From Micrococcales bacterium (GTDB taxonomy: Bacteria; Actinomycetota; Actinomycetes; Actinomycetales; Microbacteriaceae): a stretch of DNA of 64,000 nt. The notes below the pieces were generated by a model, which was not told where the DNA came from, searched no databases, and worked only from the letters and a program-made list of their open reading frames with translations. The position numbers and the translations under genes were made by a program. The stretch lies in contig JAHEDU010000003.1 of assembly GCA_024641015.1 (NCBI GenBank), positions 3,713 to 67,712 on the forward strand, written 5' to 3'. This document shows positions 31,242 to 41,190 of the stretch, piece after piece; position 1 is the first letter of the stretch, and the number at the start of each line of letters is the position of its first letter.

Positions 31242-32257
31242 TTTCGAACGAACACCCGACGAACGTGCGCGGGAATGCCCGTCACAATTTCGTCACCGAT
31301 GGTGTTTGCCCATGATGCCCAGTCCTCGGCACGTGGCCCAGAACCGCCAACGATGTCAACAGTCGCGCCAACGGGGAAGACTCCGTCAAGCACGGTGTGT
31401 TGCGGGTGGACTTCACTGATGTGAGCTCGCGACCCTGCGACTGAGACCCACGCGTGGCCGCCCGAGACTTGCGGGATTCCGTCGTTCCAGCCGGAGTTGA
31501 TGATCGACTCGCCCGAACCGCCATCGGCGATTTCGGACTGGAGAGTGAGGACGGGCTTGAGTCCGAGGCCTTCGCCATTGGTGTCGTCAAAGGGCGAGAT
31601 GCCATAAGCGGCAATCCCGACTCGAACAACATCGAAACGGGCCGAAGGATTTCGAAGGGCTGCTGAGCTTGCCGCAAGGTGTCGAACTAAAGGCTTCAGC
31701 CCTGCACCGGTCGCGATTTCCAATGCGTCCACGAATCGACCAATAGCTGCGGCGTCGGCAGCGTCACCGGCGTCGGCAAGGTGCGACCACACGCCGACGA
31801 CAGTGATCGAACCGGCCTGTTCGAGCGCGCGTGCGCGAGTACACGCGTGTCCCCAGTCGTCAGCAGCAAACCCGTTTCGGTGCAGCCCCGTGTCGATCTT
31901 GAGGTGCACGCGACCAACCCCGGGCGCGGTAGCGACGGCCTCCAATTCGGCGAACGAGGACACGCCGAGGTCGATTCCCGCTGCGTTTGCGGCGGCGAAG
32001 TCGGTGTGGCGTCCATGAAGCCAGGCAAAGAGGGTCGCGGTAATTCCGTGCGCGCGCAGTCTGAGAGCGGCTGACACATCGAGAACCGCAAGGCCGGTTG
32101 CGCCTGCCTTGATGGCGTTGTCGGCGAGTTCGAGCATGCCGTGACCGTATGCGTTCGATTTGATCGCAATCCACGTCTGCGCGCTGGACGCGTCTGCAAC
32201 GATTCTCGACACGTTGTGTTCGAACGCGGAGAGGTCGATGTGTGCGGTGGTTGACAT
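31238..32257 (-). CDS. Alanine-racemase-like PLP-binding subunit with degenerate C-terminal domain
   Basis: IKSNAYGHG PLP lysine, HLKIDTGLHRNG, WSHLA and VRVG present; VSYG and GR-x-x-MD absent. Confidence 0.88.
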   Translation of the reverse strand: MSTTAHIDLSAFEHNVSRIVADASSAQTWIAIKSNAYGHGMLELADNAIKAGATGLAVLDVSAALRLRAHGITATLFAWLHGRHTDFAAANAAGIDLGVSSFAELEAVATAPGVGRVHLKIDTGLHRNGFAADDWGHACTRARALEQAGSITVVGVWSHLADAGDAADAAAIGRFVDALEIATGAGLKPLVRHLAASSAALRNPSARFDVVRVGIAAYGISPFDDTNGEGLGLKPVLTLQSEIADGGSGESIINSGWNDGIPQVSGGHAWVSVAGSRAHISEVHPQHTVLDGVFPVGATVDIVGGSGPRAEDWASWANTIGDEIVTGIPAHVRRVFVRN

Positions 32258-32883
32258 TAGATCCACGACCGTTCGACTCGCCACGACAAACCGGAAACGA
32301 GGGACAGAGGGGCGCGACGCGTCGCGTTCGCCCACACGGTGACCGATTCCACCGTGTCCCACGTGGATGCGATGTCACCGACTTGCGCGTCCACCCCGGA
32401 AAGGTTGACGACACACTGGTCCATCGCGATGCGGCCGATGATCGGCACTTCGTGGCCGGCTACCGTCAGTGAAGCTGTGTTCGAGCCAGCACGGGGGAGT
32501 CCGTCGGCGAACCCCAGTGAAACGAGCCCAATCCGAGATTCTGCGGGCGCGGTCCACGTATAACCGTAGGAAACCGAATCCCCGGCGGGGATTGTCTTGA
32601 TCGCGACGAGTTCAGCGGAAACGACAGCAACTCGTTCACCGTGCTCGGTTCCGTAGGTAAGCCCCGTTGATTCGGGGATGGGCGCTATTGGGTCGTCGTC
32701 GGTCAGAAAAGCACTGAACCCGAGCTCCCGCGCGCTCTCGGAAACCCAGTCGGAGCCGTGTCCATAGGCGTCGCAGCGAATGTCGATGACCGAGTCGAGT
32801 CCGGTCGTTGAAAGCGAGCGAAGGTTCGATTCCAACGCAGAGCGGGAAAACTCTACGAGACGTCGAGGGGCGTTGTTAGGCAC
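32257..32883 (-). CDS. Alanine-racemase-like C-terminal-domain subunit
   Basis: VSYGYTW, GFADG and GRIAMDQ present; the PLP site reads IRCDAYGHG and most of the barrel is deleted. Confidence 0.88.
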   Translation of the reverse strand: MPNNAPRRLVEFSRSALESNLRSLSTTGLDSVIDIRCDAYGHGSDWVSESARELGFSAFLTDDDPIAPIPESTGLTYGTEHGERVAVVSAELVAIKTIPAGDSVSYGYTWTAPAESRIGLVSLGFADGLPRAGSNTASLTVAGHEVPIIGRIAMDQCVVNLSGVDAQVGDIASTWDTVESVTVWANATRRAPLSLVSGLSWRVERSWI

Positions 32884-33103
32884 CGTGTTCGTCGCGAAGG
32901 CGATCGGTCTCGTCGTGCCATTCCAGTGCGGTCGGCTTCAACGAGTCGCGAACTTCGCCGGCGTGGTGAGCGCAGAAGAACAACTCGCCTGATTGAAGGC
33001 GGACGCGCACATATGCCTGTGAACCGCAGGAATCGCAACGGTCGGTGGCATCCAGTTCCGGTGCAACCGGAGTGGTGGTTTCTGCTGACTGCGTCGTGTT
33101 CAT
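32876..33103 (-). CDS. Small Cys/His zinc-binding actinobacterial protein (DUF7455-like)
   Basis: DRCDSCGSQAYV...LFFCAHH; typical neighbour of parE. Confidence 0.82.
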   Translation of the reverse strand: MNTTQSAETTTPVAPELDATDRCDSCGSQAYVRVRLQSGELFFCAHHAGEVRDSLKPTALEWHDETDRLRDEHGA

Positions 33104-33274
33104 GTTCGTCCTTCCGATGTATCTATTCCACCACGCTCGAGGTGCTTTCGGTGCCCATTTGCTGTCCATTTCGCCCGTGGCGTAAACCTTTTCCACCGCG
33201 ACGGAGTGCCTCCGCCACCACTCGACTGCGAACGCTTATGGTGGGACAGTCCACCAAAACAAAGGTCATTCTGC

Positions 33275-35353
33275 GTGTCTAACGAATACTCCGCCCGTCA
33301 TCTCAGCGTTCTTGAGGGGCTCGAGGCTGTTCGGAAGCGTCCCGGCATGTACATCGGGTCGACCGACGAGCGCGGACTCATGCACTGTCTCTGGGAAATC
33401 ATTGACAACTCGGTCGACGAGGCGCTGGGTGGTTTCGGTTCGACCATCGAAGTCACTCTTCACGACGATAGTTCGGTCGAAGTGTCCGACAACGGTCGCG
33501 GAATCCCCGTAGACATCGAACCGCGAACTGGCCTGTCTGGGGTCGAGGTAGTCTTCACAAAGCTTCACGCCGGTGGAAAATTTGGCTCTGGCTCGTACAC
33601 CGCGTCCGGAGGTCTTCACGGCGTTGGCGCTTCTGTCGTCAATGCGTTGAGCGAGCGACTCGACGTCTGGGTTGACCGCGACGGCAAGACGCACCAAATG
33701 TCCTTCCACCGCGGCGAGCCCGGTACATTCACCGATTCGGGCGAACCGTCGCCGCGTGCGCCGTTTACCGCGTTCGTCGAGAATTCGGAATTGACGATCG
33801 TCGGCAAGTCAGCAAAGGGCGCGACTGGAACCCGAGTGCGCTGGTGGCCGGATCCTGAAATCTTCGTTAAGTCATCAACCATCGACAAGGACGGCCTCGC
33901 CGCTCGTGCCCGACAGACCGCGTTCTTGGTGCCCGGCCTCAAACTGGCTGTCACCGACACCCGCGGAGGGCAGTCGGTACGTGACGAGTTCGCGTTCGAC
34001 GGCGGCATCTCGGAGTTCACGGAATTCCTCGCGCCCGACGCACCGCTGACGAGCACATGGCGATTGACGGGCGAAGGGACGTTCACGGAAACCGTTCCGG
34101 TTCTCGACGACAACGGCCACATGGTGTCGACCGAGGTCGAGCGCAATTGTGCGGTGGATGTCGCGTTGCGCTGGGGGACGGGCTACGACACGGTTCAGAA
34201 GTCGTTCGTCAACATCATTGCGACGCCGAAGGGCGGGACTCACGTCACCGGCTTCGAGCAGGCGCTGATGAAGGTGATTCGTTCCGAGGTGGACAAGAAC
34301 TCTCGGCGCCTCAAGGTCGGAACGGACAAGATCGAGAAGGATGACATCCTCACCGGTTTGACCACAGTGGTGACGGTGCGAGTCGCCGAACCGCAGTTCG
34401 AGGGACAGACCAAGGAGATCCTGGGCACGCCTGCTGTGCGAAACGTTGTGGCTCAGGTCGTCCAGAAGGCTCTCGAGGACCGATTCGCGTCGAGCAAGCG
34501 TGATGACAAGACGCAAACGGCCCTCGTCCTTGACAAGGTCGTCGCCGAGATGAAGTCGCGCATCTCTGCTCGCGCTCACAAGGAAACGCAGCGCCGCAAG
34601 AACGCGCTCGAATCCTCCACTCTTCCCGCGAAGCTCGTGGATTGTCGCAGTGACGACGTCGCGCAATCAGAACTCTTCATCGTCGAGGGTGACTCGGCGC
34701 TCGGCACCGCCAAGCTCGCGCGTGATTCCGAGTTCCAGGCGCTGCTGCCCATCCGAGGCAAGATCCTCAACGTCCAGAAGGCTTCCATCTCGGACATGCT
34801 GTCGAACACCGAATGCGCGTCGATTATCCAGGTGATCGGTGCAGGGTCGGGACGCACGTTCGATATCGACACCGCGCGATACGGCAAGGTCATCATCATG
34901 AGCGACGCCGACGTCGACGGTGCGCACATTCGAACGCTCCTTCTGACCCTCTTGTTCAAGTACATGCGTCCCCTCGTCGAAGCGGGTCGCGTGTACGCGG
35001 CGGTGCCGCCCCTCCATCGCATTCTCGTGATGAACCCCGGTTCGAAGCCGAACGACATCGTGTACACATATTCCGACGCCGAATTGCACGCGAAGCTGGA
35101 CGAGCTTCGCAAGGCGGGCAAGAAGTGGCAAGAGCCGATTCAGCGCTATAAGGGACTTGGAGAGATGGACGCGGATCAGCTCGCGGACACGACGATGAAC
35201 GTTGCGCACCGAACTCTCCGTCGCGTTCGACTGCACGATGCCGAGGAGGCCGCGTCGGTCTTTGAGTTGTTGATGGGTAACGAGGTTGCTCCTCGTCGCG
35301 AGTTCATCATCGACAGCGGTCAGTCGCTTGAACGCGACCGCATTGACGCCTAA
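33275..35353 (+). CDS. parE: DNA topoisomerase IV subunit B (GyrB-like)
   Basis: VRKRPGMYIG, EIIDNSVDE, VEGDSA, DADVDG and RYKGLGEM motifs; outside the oriC gyrBA context. Confidence 0.92.
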   Translation: MSNEYSARHLSVLEGLEAVRKRPGMYIGSTDERGLMHCLWEIIDNSVDEALGGFGSTIEVTLHDDSSVEVSDNGRGIPVDIEPRTGLSGVEVVFTKLHAGGKFGSGSYTASGGLHGVGASVVNALSERLDVWVDRDGKTHQMSFHRGEPGTFTDSGEPSPRAPFTAFVENSELTIVGKSAKGATGTRVRWWPDPEIFVKSSTIDKDGLAARARQTAFLVPGLKLAVTDTRGGQSVRDEFAFDGGISEFTEFLAPDAPLTSTWRLTGEGTFTETVPVLDDNGHMVSTEVERNCAVDVALRWGTGYDTVQKSFVNIIATPKGGTHVTGFEQALMKVIRSEVDKNSRRLKVGTDKIEKDDILTGLTTVVTVRVAEPQFEGQTKEILGTPAVRNVVAQVVQKALEDRFASSKRDDKTQTALVLDKVVAEMKSRISARAHKETQRRKNALESSTLPAKLVDCRSDDVAQSELFIVEGDSALGTAKLARDSEFQALLPIRGKILNVQKASISDMLSNTECASIIQVIGAGSGRTFDIDTARYGKVIIMSDADVDGAHIRTLLLTLLFKYMRPLVEAGRVYAAVPPLHRILVMNPGSKPNDIVYTYSDAELHAKLDELRKAGKKWQEPIQRYKGLGEMDADQLADTTMNVAHRTLRRVRLHDAEEAASVFELLMGNEVAPRREFIIDSGQSLERDRIDA

Positions 35354-35362
35354 GCACGCCTC

Positions 35363-37777
35363 TTAGCGAAGTCGGGTTCCGACGACCGAGATGGCATCGG
35401 TTAATGCCGTTCCGCTGCCGTCACGCTTGCCCGGTTCCGTCGGCAGGTCGCGTGGCGTTCCGTCCACAGCAGAGGCGCGCGGCTCGTCGCCAACCCACGC
35501 GAGCGACAATCCAACTTCGCCCTTGAGGAGAGAGTGTCCTCGAACACCGCCGGTGGCGCGCCCCTTTGCAGGGAACTCGGAGAGTGGGGTGACCTTTGCG
35601 CGGCCCGGGTCAGCTCCCGTCAGAGTGGCTTCTGCCGCGGTAACAGTGACAACCTGTGCCGTCTCGGGTGAAGCAACGGTGAAGTGTGCGACCTGGTCAC
35701 CGTCGGACAGGTTGATGCCCGCGACACCGGCCGCACCGATTCCTTGGGCGCGCACGCCGGCGATGGGAAAGTGCAATACCTGAGTTCCGTGAGTCACAAA
35801 CACGGCGTCGCCACCGTCCGGTGCGACGCAGGCACCGACGACTCGGTCTCCCTCGTCAAGGTTGATGATCGAGAAGTCGGGACGCGCGGGGAACCCGGTC
35901 GTGTCGACGCGCTTGATGACACCGCGCGCGGTTCCCAGCGCCAGCGGCTCACCCGTCAGTGCGACAATCGTGACGACTGTTTCCTTCGGCTGCAGCCCAA
36001 CGACATAATCGTTGACCTTTGAGCCTGACGCGAATGAAATGGAGTCCGTTCCGCCAGGCAGGTCAACCGGCGAGAAGCGAATCAAGCGACCGCTACTTGT
36101 CACTGCGCCGAGTTCGCCACGGGTGGTAGAGCGGACGGCCGTGCGAACGACGTCGTGCTTGAAGCGCTTCGGTGCAACGGGGAATTCGTCTGTATTGGAG
36201 TTGCGAAGGATTCGACCTGTCGCGGTGAGGATGACCGTGCAGGGTTCATCTTCGAGTTCAAGCCCTTGGCTGGCAATTGCGCCCACCACAGGCGCGTCCT
36301 CCGCGTCAAGCAGTGTGGTGCGTCGTGGCGTCGCGTATTGCTTCGCAATCTCGGCGAGTTCGCTCGACACAAGGTCCCGCACGGCGTCCTTGCTGGACAG
36401 TAGTTTGGTCAGTCGCGCGATCTCGGCGGCGAGGTTGTCTCGCTCGGTCTCAAGTTCCACACGGCTGAATTTGGTGAGTCGGCGGAGTCGAAGTTCGAGG
36501 ATGTATTCGGCCTGCAGTTCGGACAACGAGAAAGTCGACTGGAGTTGAGTTCGTGCCGTATCCACGTCATCCGACGCACGAATGACGGCGATGACCTTGT
36601 CGATGTCGAGGATCGCGAGCAACAAGCCTTCGACCAGGTGTAGTCGTTCGGTGCGGCGTGCAAGTCGATACTGCGAGCGGCGCGTCACGACCTCGATGCG
36701 GTGTTCGATGTAGACGCGCAACATGTCTTTGAGACCGAGGGTTTCGGGGCGGCCGTCTACGAGAGCGACGTTGTTGATCGAGAAGCCGTCCTCGAGCGGC
36801 GTGAGACGGTACAGCTGGTCGAGTACGGCCTCGGGCGAGAAGCCCGTCTTCACCTCGATGATGAGGCGCAGTCCGTGCTTGCGGTCGGTCAGGTCGACGA
36901 CGTTCGAGATGCCGGTGATCTTCTTCTTGGTGACGCCGTCCTTGATGCGCTCGATAACGCGCTCGGGACCGACGAGGTACGGCAACTCCGTAACGACGAT
37001 TCCCGTTTTGCGAGCAGAAACCTGCTCGATCGACGTGCGTGCACGGGTTCGGAAAGTTCCTTTGCCCGACTCGTACGCGTCACGGATTCCATCCAACCCG
37101 ACGACGATTCCGCCACTGGGTAGGTCGGGACCGGGAATGAACTTCATGAGGTCGTCGAGGGTCGCTTCTGGGTGCGCGATGAGGTGGCGTGCTGCTTCGA
37201 TGACCTCGCCCAAGTTGTGGGGAGCCATGTTTGTCGCCATACCAACCGCGATACCGCTCGCACCATTGACCAAAAGGTTGGGGAATGCCGCCGGGAGTAC
37301 CTCGGGCTGCAGCAACTGACCGTCGTAGTTCGGAACGAAGTTGACGACGTCCTCGTCCAGACTTTCCGTCATCGTCATCGCTTCCGGGCGAAGACGAGCT
37401 TCGGTGTATCGGCTTGCCGCAGGTCCATCGTCAAGCGAACCGAAGTTGCCGTGGCCGTCGACGAATGGAACGCGAAGGCTAAACGGCTGAGCGAGGCGGA
37501 CGAGTGCGTCATAAATGGCCGAGTCACCGTGCGGGTGAAGCTTGCCCATGACCTCGCCGACGACGCGGGCGCTCTTGACGTACCCTTTGTCGGGGCGCAG
37601 ACCCATGTCCGCCATTTGGTAGATGATTCGACGCTGAACCGGCTTCAATCCATCACGCGCGTCCGGAAGAGCGCGAGAATAGATAACGGAGTACGCGTAT
37701 TCGAGGAACGACCCCTGCATTTCGTGGGATAGGTCTACATCGTCGATGCGTTCGGAGAAGGATGGGGCGTCAGTCAC
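35363..37777 (-). CDS. parC: DNA topoisomerase IV subunit A (GyrA-like)
   Basis: [21 protein letters not shown] and catalytic RYTEAR; start codon uncertain. Confidence 0.92.
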   Translation of the reverse strand: MTDAPSFSERIDDVDLSHEMQGSFLEYAYSVIYSRALPDARDGLKPVQRRIIYQMADMGLRPDKGYVKSARVVGEVMGKLHPHGDSAIYDALVRLAQPFSLRVPFVDGHGNFGSLDDGPAASRYTEARLRPEAMTMTESLDEDVVNFVPNYDGQLLQPEVLPAAFPNLLVNGASGIAVGMATNMAPHNLGEVIEAARHLIAHPEATLDDLMKFIPGPDLPSGGIVVGLDGIRDAYESGKGTFRTRARTSIEQVSARKTGIVVTELPYLVGPERVIERIKDGVTKKKITGISNVVDLTDRKHGLRLIIEVKTGFSPEAVLDQLYRLTPLEDGFSINNVALVDGRPETLGLKDMLRVYIEHRIEVVTRRSQYRLARRTERLHLVEGLLLAILDIDKVIAVIRASDDVDTARTQLQSTFSLSELQAEYILELRLRRLTKFSRVELETERDNLAAEIARLTKLLSSKDAVRDLVSSELAEIAKQYATPRRTTLLDAEDAPVVGAIASQGLELEDEPCTVILTATGRILRNSNTDEFPVAPKRFKHDVVRTAVRSTTRGELGAVTSSGRLIRFSPVDLPGGTDSISFASGSKVNDYVVGLQPKETVVTIVALTGEPLALGTARGVIKRVDTTGFPARPDFSIINLDEGDRVVGACVAPDGGDAVFVTHGTQVLHFPIAGVRAQGIGAAGVAGINLSDGDQVAHFTVASPETAQVVTVTAAEATLTGADPGRAKVTPLSEFPAKGRATGGVRGHSLLKGEVGLSLAWVGDEPRASAVDGTPRDLPTEPGKRDGSGTALTDAISVVGTRLR

Positions 37778-37778
37778 A

Positions 37779-38888
37779 ATGAGCACGATTTTACCCGTCA
37801 TCGCTCCTGACGACCGTCGGCTCGCGGGGGTGTTGACGAGCGCGTTCGCGACGATTCGTGGGGAAAACAACCCGCTGGGGTTGCCGAAAGCAAACCGTTC
37901 CGTCGTGGTATTGGTGGACGGGCTCGGCGCCGAAAATCTTCAGGTGCACCGCGCACATGCGCGAACCCTCACGTCACTCACCAACGCACCAATCTTCGCA
38001 AATTTCCCGTCGACGACGGCGTCCTCTCTCGCCACGCTCTGCACTGGTTCGTCGCCCGGTGAGACGGGAATGCTCGGTTACGCGATTCGAAATCCGCAGT
38101 CGGGCGAGATCGTCAACCAGTTGTCACGACTCGACGCGCTCGACGTCGACCAGTGGCAGCCCGTACCGACGGTATGGGAAGCCAACCCCGACATTGCCAA
38201 CGCGATCATCTCGGCAGAGCGATACGCGTCGACAGGTCTGACCCGGGCGATTTTGCGCGGGGGCGACTACCGTTCGGCGAACACCTACGAGCAACGTGTC
38301 GGCACCTTGCTCGAGTTCCTTCGAGGACACTCAAGCGGTGTCGCATACATCTACGTCCCCGAACTGGACCAGGCCGCCCATCAGTTCGGAGTCGCGAGCG
38401 ATCAGTGGGTTCGCCGACTCGAGGACTTCGACGGTTTCATTGCCGACATTCTTCGTGTGTTGGGTCCTCGAGACGGGTTGCTCGTTACCGCTGACCACGG
38501 CGTTCTCGATGTTCCGTCGGTCAAGCACCGAATTGTTCCTGCGAGTTCGGAGCTTCTCGATGACGTCGTCACGGGCGGCGAGCCTCGTTTCCTTCATCTG
38601 TACTCATCGCGCAACCCTGATGAGCTCGCATCAGCGTGGCGAGAGGCTGAAGGCGAGCGCGCTCACGTCGTCACTCGAACCGAAGGCATTGCAGCAGGTT
38701 GGTTCGGGGCGGTCACCACCGAACACCTCGATCGAATCGGTGACGTCCTAATTACGCCGCGAGGAACGGCGGTCTATTACGACGAGCGCACCGCAACAAC
38801 ACAATCCATGGCAATGATCGGCCAACACGGTGGCCTGTCGCGGACAGAGACACACGTTCCGCTCATCCGCGGGGGAGCGTTCGGCTAG
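37779..38888 (+). CDS. Alkaline phosphatase / nucleotide pyrophosphatase family protein
   Basis: LVDGLG, FPSTT, D-x-x-x-H, TADHG and GQHGG motifs. Confidence 0.9.
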   Translation: MSTILPVIAPDDRRLAGVLTSAFATIRGENNPLGLPKANRSVVVLVDGLGAENLQVHRAHARTLTSLTNAPIFANFPSTTASSLATLCTGSSPGETGMLGYAIRNPQSGEIVNQLSRLDALDVDQWQPVPTVWEANPDIANAIISAERYASTGLTRAILRGGDYRSANTYEQRVGTLLEFLRGHSSGVAYIYVPELDQAAHQFGVASDQWVRRLEDFDGFIADILRVLGPRDGLLVTADHGVLDVPSVKHRIVPASSELLDDVVTGGEPRFLHLYSSRNPDELASAWREAEGERAHVVTRTEGIAAGWFGAVTTEHLDRIGDVLITPRGTAVYYDERTATTQSMAMIGQHGGLSRTETHVPLIRGGAFG

Positions 38889-39877
38889 TCGTCGTCGGGA
38901 CGAGTGCCGAAAACGATTTCGTCCCATGTCGGCATCGGCGCACGCTGGCGACGCTGCCGCTGGCTGGGAGTTTCATCGATAAAGACATCAGGGGCCGAGG
39001 GCTGCGGGTCAACGACTGCTTCCTCAGGAGCCTCGGGTGAGTCATCCGCGGTCTCGAGCATCTCGGGAGTGATCACCGGAATCGAACCAGTCGACGGGTG
39101 GCTAGACATCGCCTCGTTGCGTTCCCCGCGACGCTTGTGTAGTTCGTCCAACAAGTCAGCGGGCGCTGCGCCAGCCGGCTCGGTTACCGAGTCACCGACG
39201 ATTTCGTCGATCTCGATCGGAATCTGTATCACGGGTTGTGGCTTGGGCTTTTCGATGACCGGCTCGAATTCGCCGCTGTCGAAACGCTGTGCGGCCTGGG
39301 GAGTCACGACTCGAAGCGGGGGGAACAGTGCCGCGTCGACCGCATCCGCTTTGCTGACACGAACCGCAACAGGGTTGGTCGGGACGAGCGTCAGCTTGCG
39401 AGGATCGAACGCCCAGGTCGCATCTTCGGTGACAGTTCCAACCGTGAATTCAGCGCCGACGACCCACTCATCATCGAGGCGGTAAGCCTGCCAGCGTGAG
39501 ACGGTGCCGCCTTGATCGCGAAGTCGTCCTTCGATGGCAGCTCCAAAGCTGGTAGCGTCCTCGTCGTCGTGGGTGGTGACCGGAACCGACAGCGCACGCT
39601 CAAGAACGAAGGCTAATTCGGCGGTGATCGGCGCTTCGAAGCGCGCAATGTGGTCGGCGTCTTCACCGGTTCGCTCGGCAACTTCCGTGACCGACAGGCC
39701 GGAACGAAGCAAACTCTGAATCTCGCGGGGGCTCGTGCCGCCCGTGCTGGACACGCCCGGTTTGTGCGCGATTCCAGCGCGAAGCTCTGCATCAACGGGA
39801 ATCGTAAAGCGGTGTCCGTCGCGTGACACGGCAACAATCGCGGTGGGGGACACCTCGATGACGGTCAGTTCTTCCAC
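38885..39877 (-). CDS. sepH: Septation protein SepH (DUF3071)
   Basis: SPREIQSLLRSG HTH and C-terminal MPTWDEIVFG. Confidence 0.88.
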   Translation of the reverse strand: MEELTVIEVSPTAIVAVSRDGHRFTIPVDAELRAGIAHKPGVSSTGGTSPREIQSLLRSGLSVTEVAERTGEDADHIARFEAPITAELAFVLERALSVPVTTHDDEDATSFGAAIEGRLRDQGGTVSRWQAYRLDDEWVVGAEFTVGTVTEDATWAFDPRKLTLVPTNPVAVRVSKADAVDAALFPPLRVVTPQAAQRFDSGEFEPVIEKPKPQPVIQIPIEIDEIVGDSVTEPAGAAPADLLDELHKRRGERNEAMSSHPSTGSIPVITPEMLETADDSPEAPEEAVVDPQPSAPDVFIDETPSQRQRRQRAPMPTWDEIVFGTRPDDD

Positions 39878-40014
39878 GGCAACTCCTGTTTGTGGCTGTG
39901 TCCCGACAATACCGCCGAACGACACGGAATTTGCGACATACGGCGAGGGAGTTTGATTTTCGACGTAATGTGTCGCAAACTACGAGCGCCCGTTACCAGA
40001 GAAAGGTTTGTCAA

Positions 40015-40302
40015 GTGGCAACGGATTACGATTCCCCCCGTAAGGGTGAAGAAGACCACGAGTCTTTGCAGGCACTGCAAGAGCGTGTCCCCGCACCGCG
40101 TCCCGGTGCCGAGTCAGACGACGCCGATAACCCGGACAGTCTCGAGATGAGCGGGCAGGATCTCGCGAACATGGAGCTCGACGTTGTCGTGCTTCCGCCT
40201 CAAGCTGACGAGTTCACCTGCAACGAGTGCTTCATCGTGAAGAACCGGTCGCAGATCGCAAAGGAAACGAAGAACGGCGCTATCTGCCTCGACTGCGCTT
40301 AG
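40015..40302 (+). CDS. DUF4193 family protein
   Basis: MATDYDSPR...DEFTC-x-x-CF...C-x-x-C. Confidence 0.9.
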   Translation: MATDYDSPRKGEEDHESLQALQERVPAPRPGAESDDADNPDSLEMSGQDLANMELDVVVLPPQADEFTCNECFIVKNRSQIAKETKNGAICLDCA

Positions 40303-40724
40303 TTCGCGTTGAGCAGGTCCGCGAGCTTTGCGGGGTGACGACTCGAGACGTACCAGTACGGAGCCGGGTCGGTCGGATCGGTGTTGTCGACGCGTACTCC
40401 ATTCGGAACCCACGCGCGCAGCACCTTCCACGCGCGAGCATCCGCAAGCGCCTCGGCGCGCTCTGATCGCTCAATCACCGTCGCTGCCCCGAGGAATTTG
40501 CGGTCAATCGTCGCGCGACCCGCTCGCAACGTTTCGCCGCTGAGGACGATTTGAGGCGCTCCAAGAGTCATCCACAGTTCGCCGAGTACATAAACCGCGA
40601 CCGCGTTGATGACGCCCCAGGTGATATCGATGGGAGCAAGCATGCCGAATCCCATCGGAAGAAGAAGGAGCAGTGCGAGGTGAATCCCGACATTCGGGAC
40701 GAGGCGTTCACGGTAAATGACCAT
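40299..40724 (-). CDS. DUF3093 family membrane protein
   Basis: YRERL-x-P, two TM helices and DPTDPAPYWYVSSR-x-P. Confidence 0.88.
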   Translation of the reverse strand: MVIYRERLVPNVGIHLALLLLLPMGFGMLAPIDITWGVINAVAVYVLGELWMTLGAPQIVLSGETLRAGRATIDRKFLGAATVIERSERAEALADARAWKVLRAWVPNGVRVDNTDPTDPAPYWYVSSRHPAKLADLLNAN

Positions 40725-40756
40725 GTTCCTATTCGACCATGTAATACCCTGAACGA

Positions 40757-41188
40757 ATGACACCTGAGGTTCTTGTTGTCGGCCCGACTCCGACCTACGC
40801 CCATCCCGGCGACGCTGGAGCGGACATCACCGCATCGGAATCCGTGACTCTCGCCCCTGGAGAGCGCGCTCTCGTCAGGACAGGTTTGTCAATCGCTATT
40901 CCCAACGGTTTTGTCGCGTACGTGATGCCGCGAAGCGGATTGGCTCTCAAGCACGGAATCTCGTTGGTCAATGCGCCAGGGACCATTGATGCCGGTTATC
41001 GCGGCGAGATCGGTGTCATCATGCTGAACACGGATCGTGAGAACACTTTCCACATCGAACCGGGCGACCGCATCGCGCAACTCGTCATTCAACCCGTCGT
41101 TCAGGCGACTTTCGTTCCCGTTGCAGATTTGCCGGGAACTCATCGAGGATCGGGCGGCTTCGGCAGCACCGGTGTTAGGAAGGACTAG
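40757..41188 (+). CDS. dut: dUTP diphosphatase
   Basis: PRSGLA, GTIDAGYRGE and RGSGGFGSTG motifs. Confidence 0.97.
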   Translation: MTPEVLVVGPTPTYAHPGDAGADITASESVTLAPGERALVRTGLSIAIPNGFVAYVMPRSGLALKHGISLVNAPGTIDAGYRGEIGVIMLNTDRENTFHIEPGDRIAQLVIQPVVQATFVPVADLPGTHRGSGGFGSTGVRKD

Positions 41189-41190
41189 CA

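Noticed and set aside
32257-32883. Alanine racemase pseudogene
   Set aside because: The ORF is intact, coupled at both ends, and keeps exactly the catalytic elements its neighbour lacks.
33275-37777. Calling these genes gyrB and gyrA
   Set aside because: They are not in the oriC gyrBA arrangement, and their context (sigA, sepH, dut) matches the actinobacterial topoisomerase IV-like pair.
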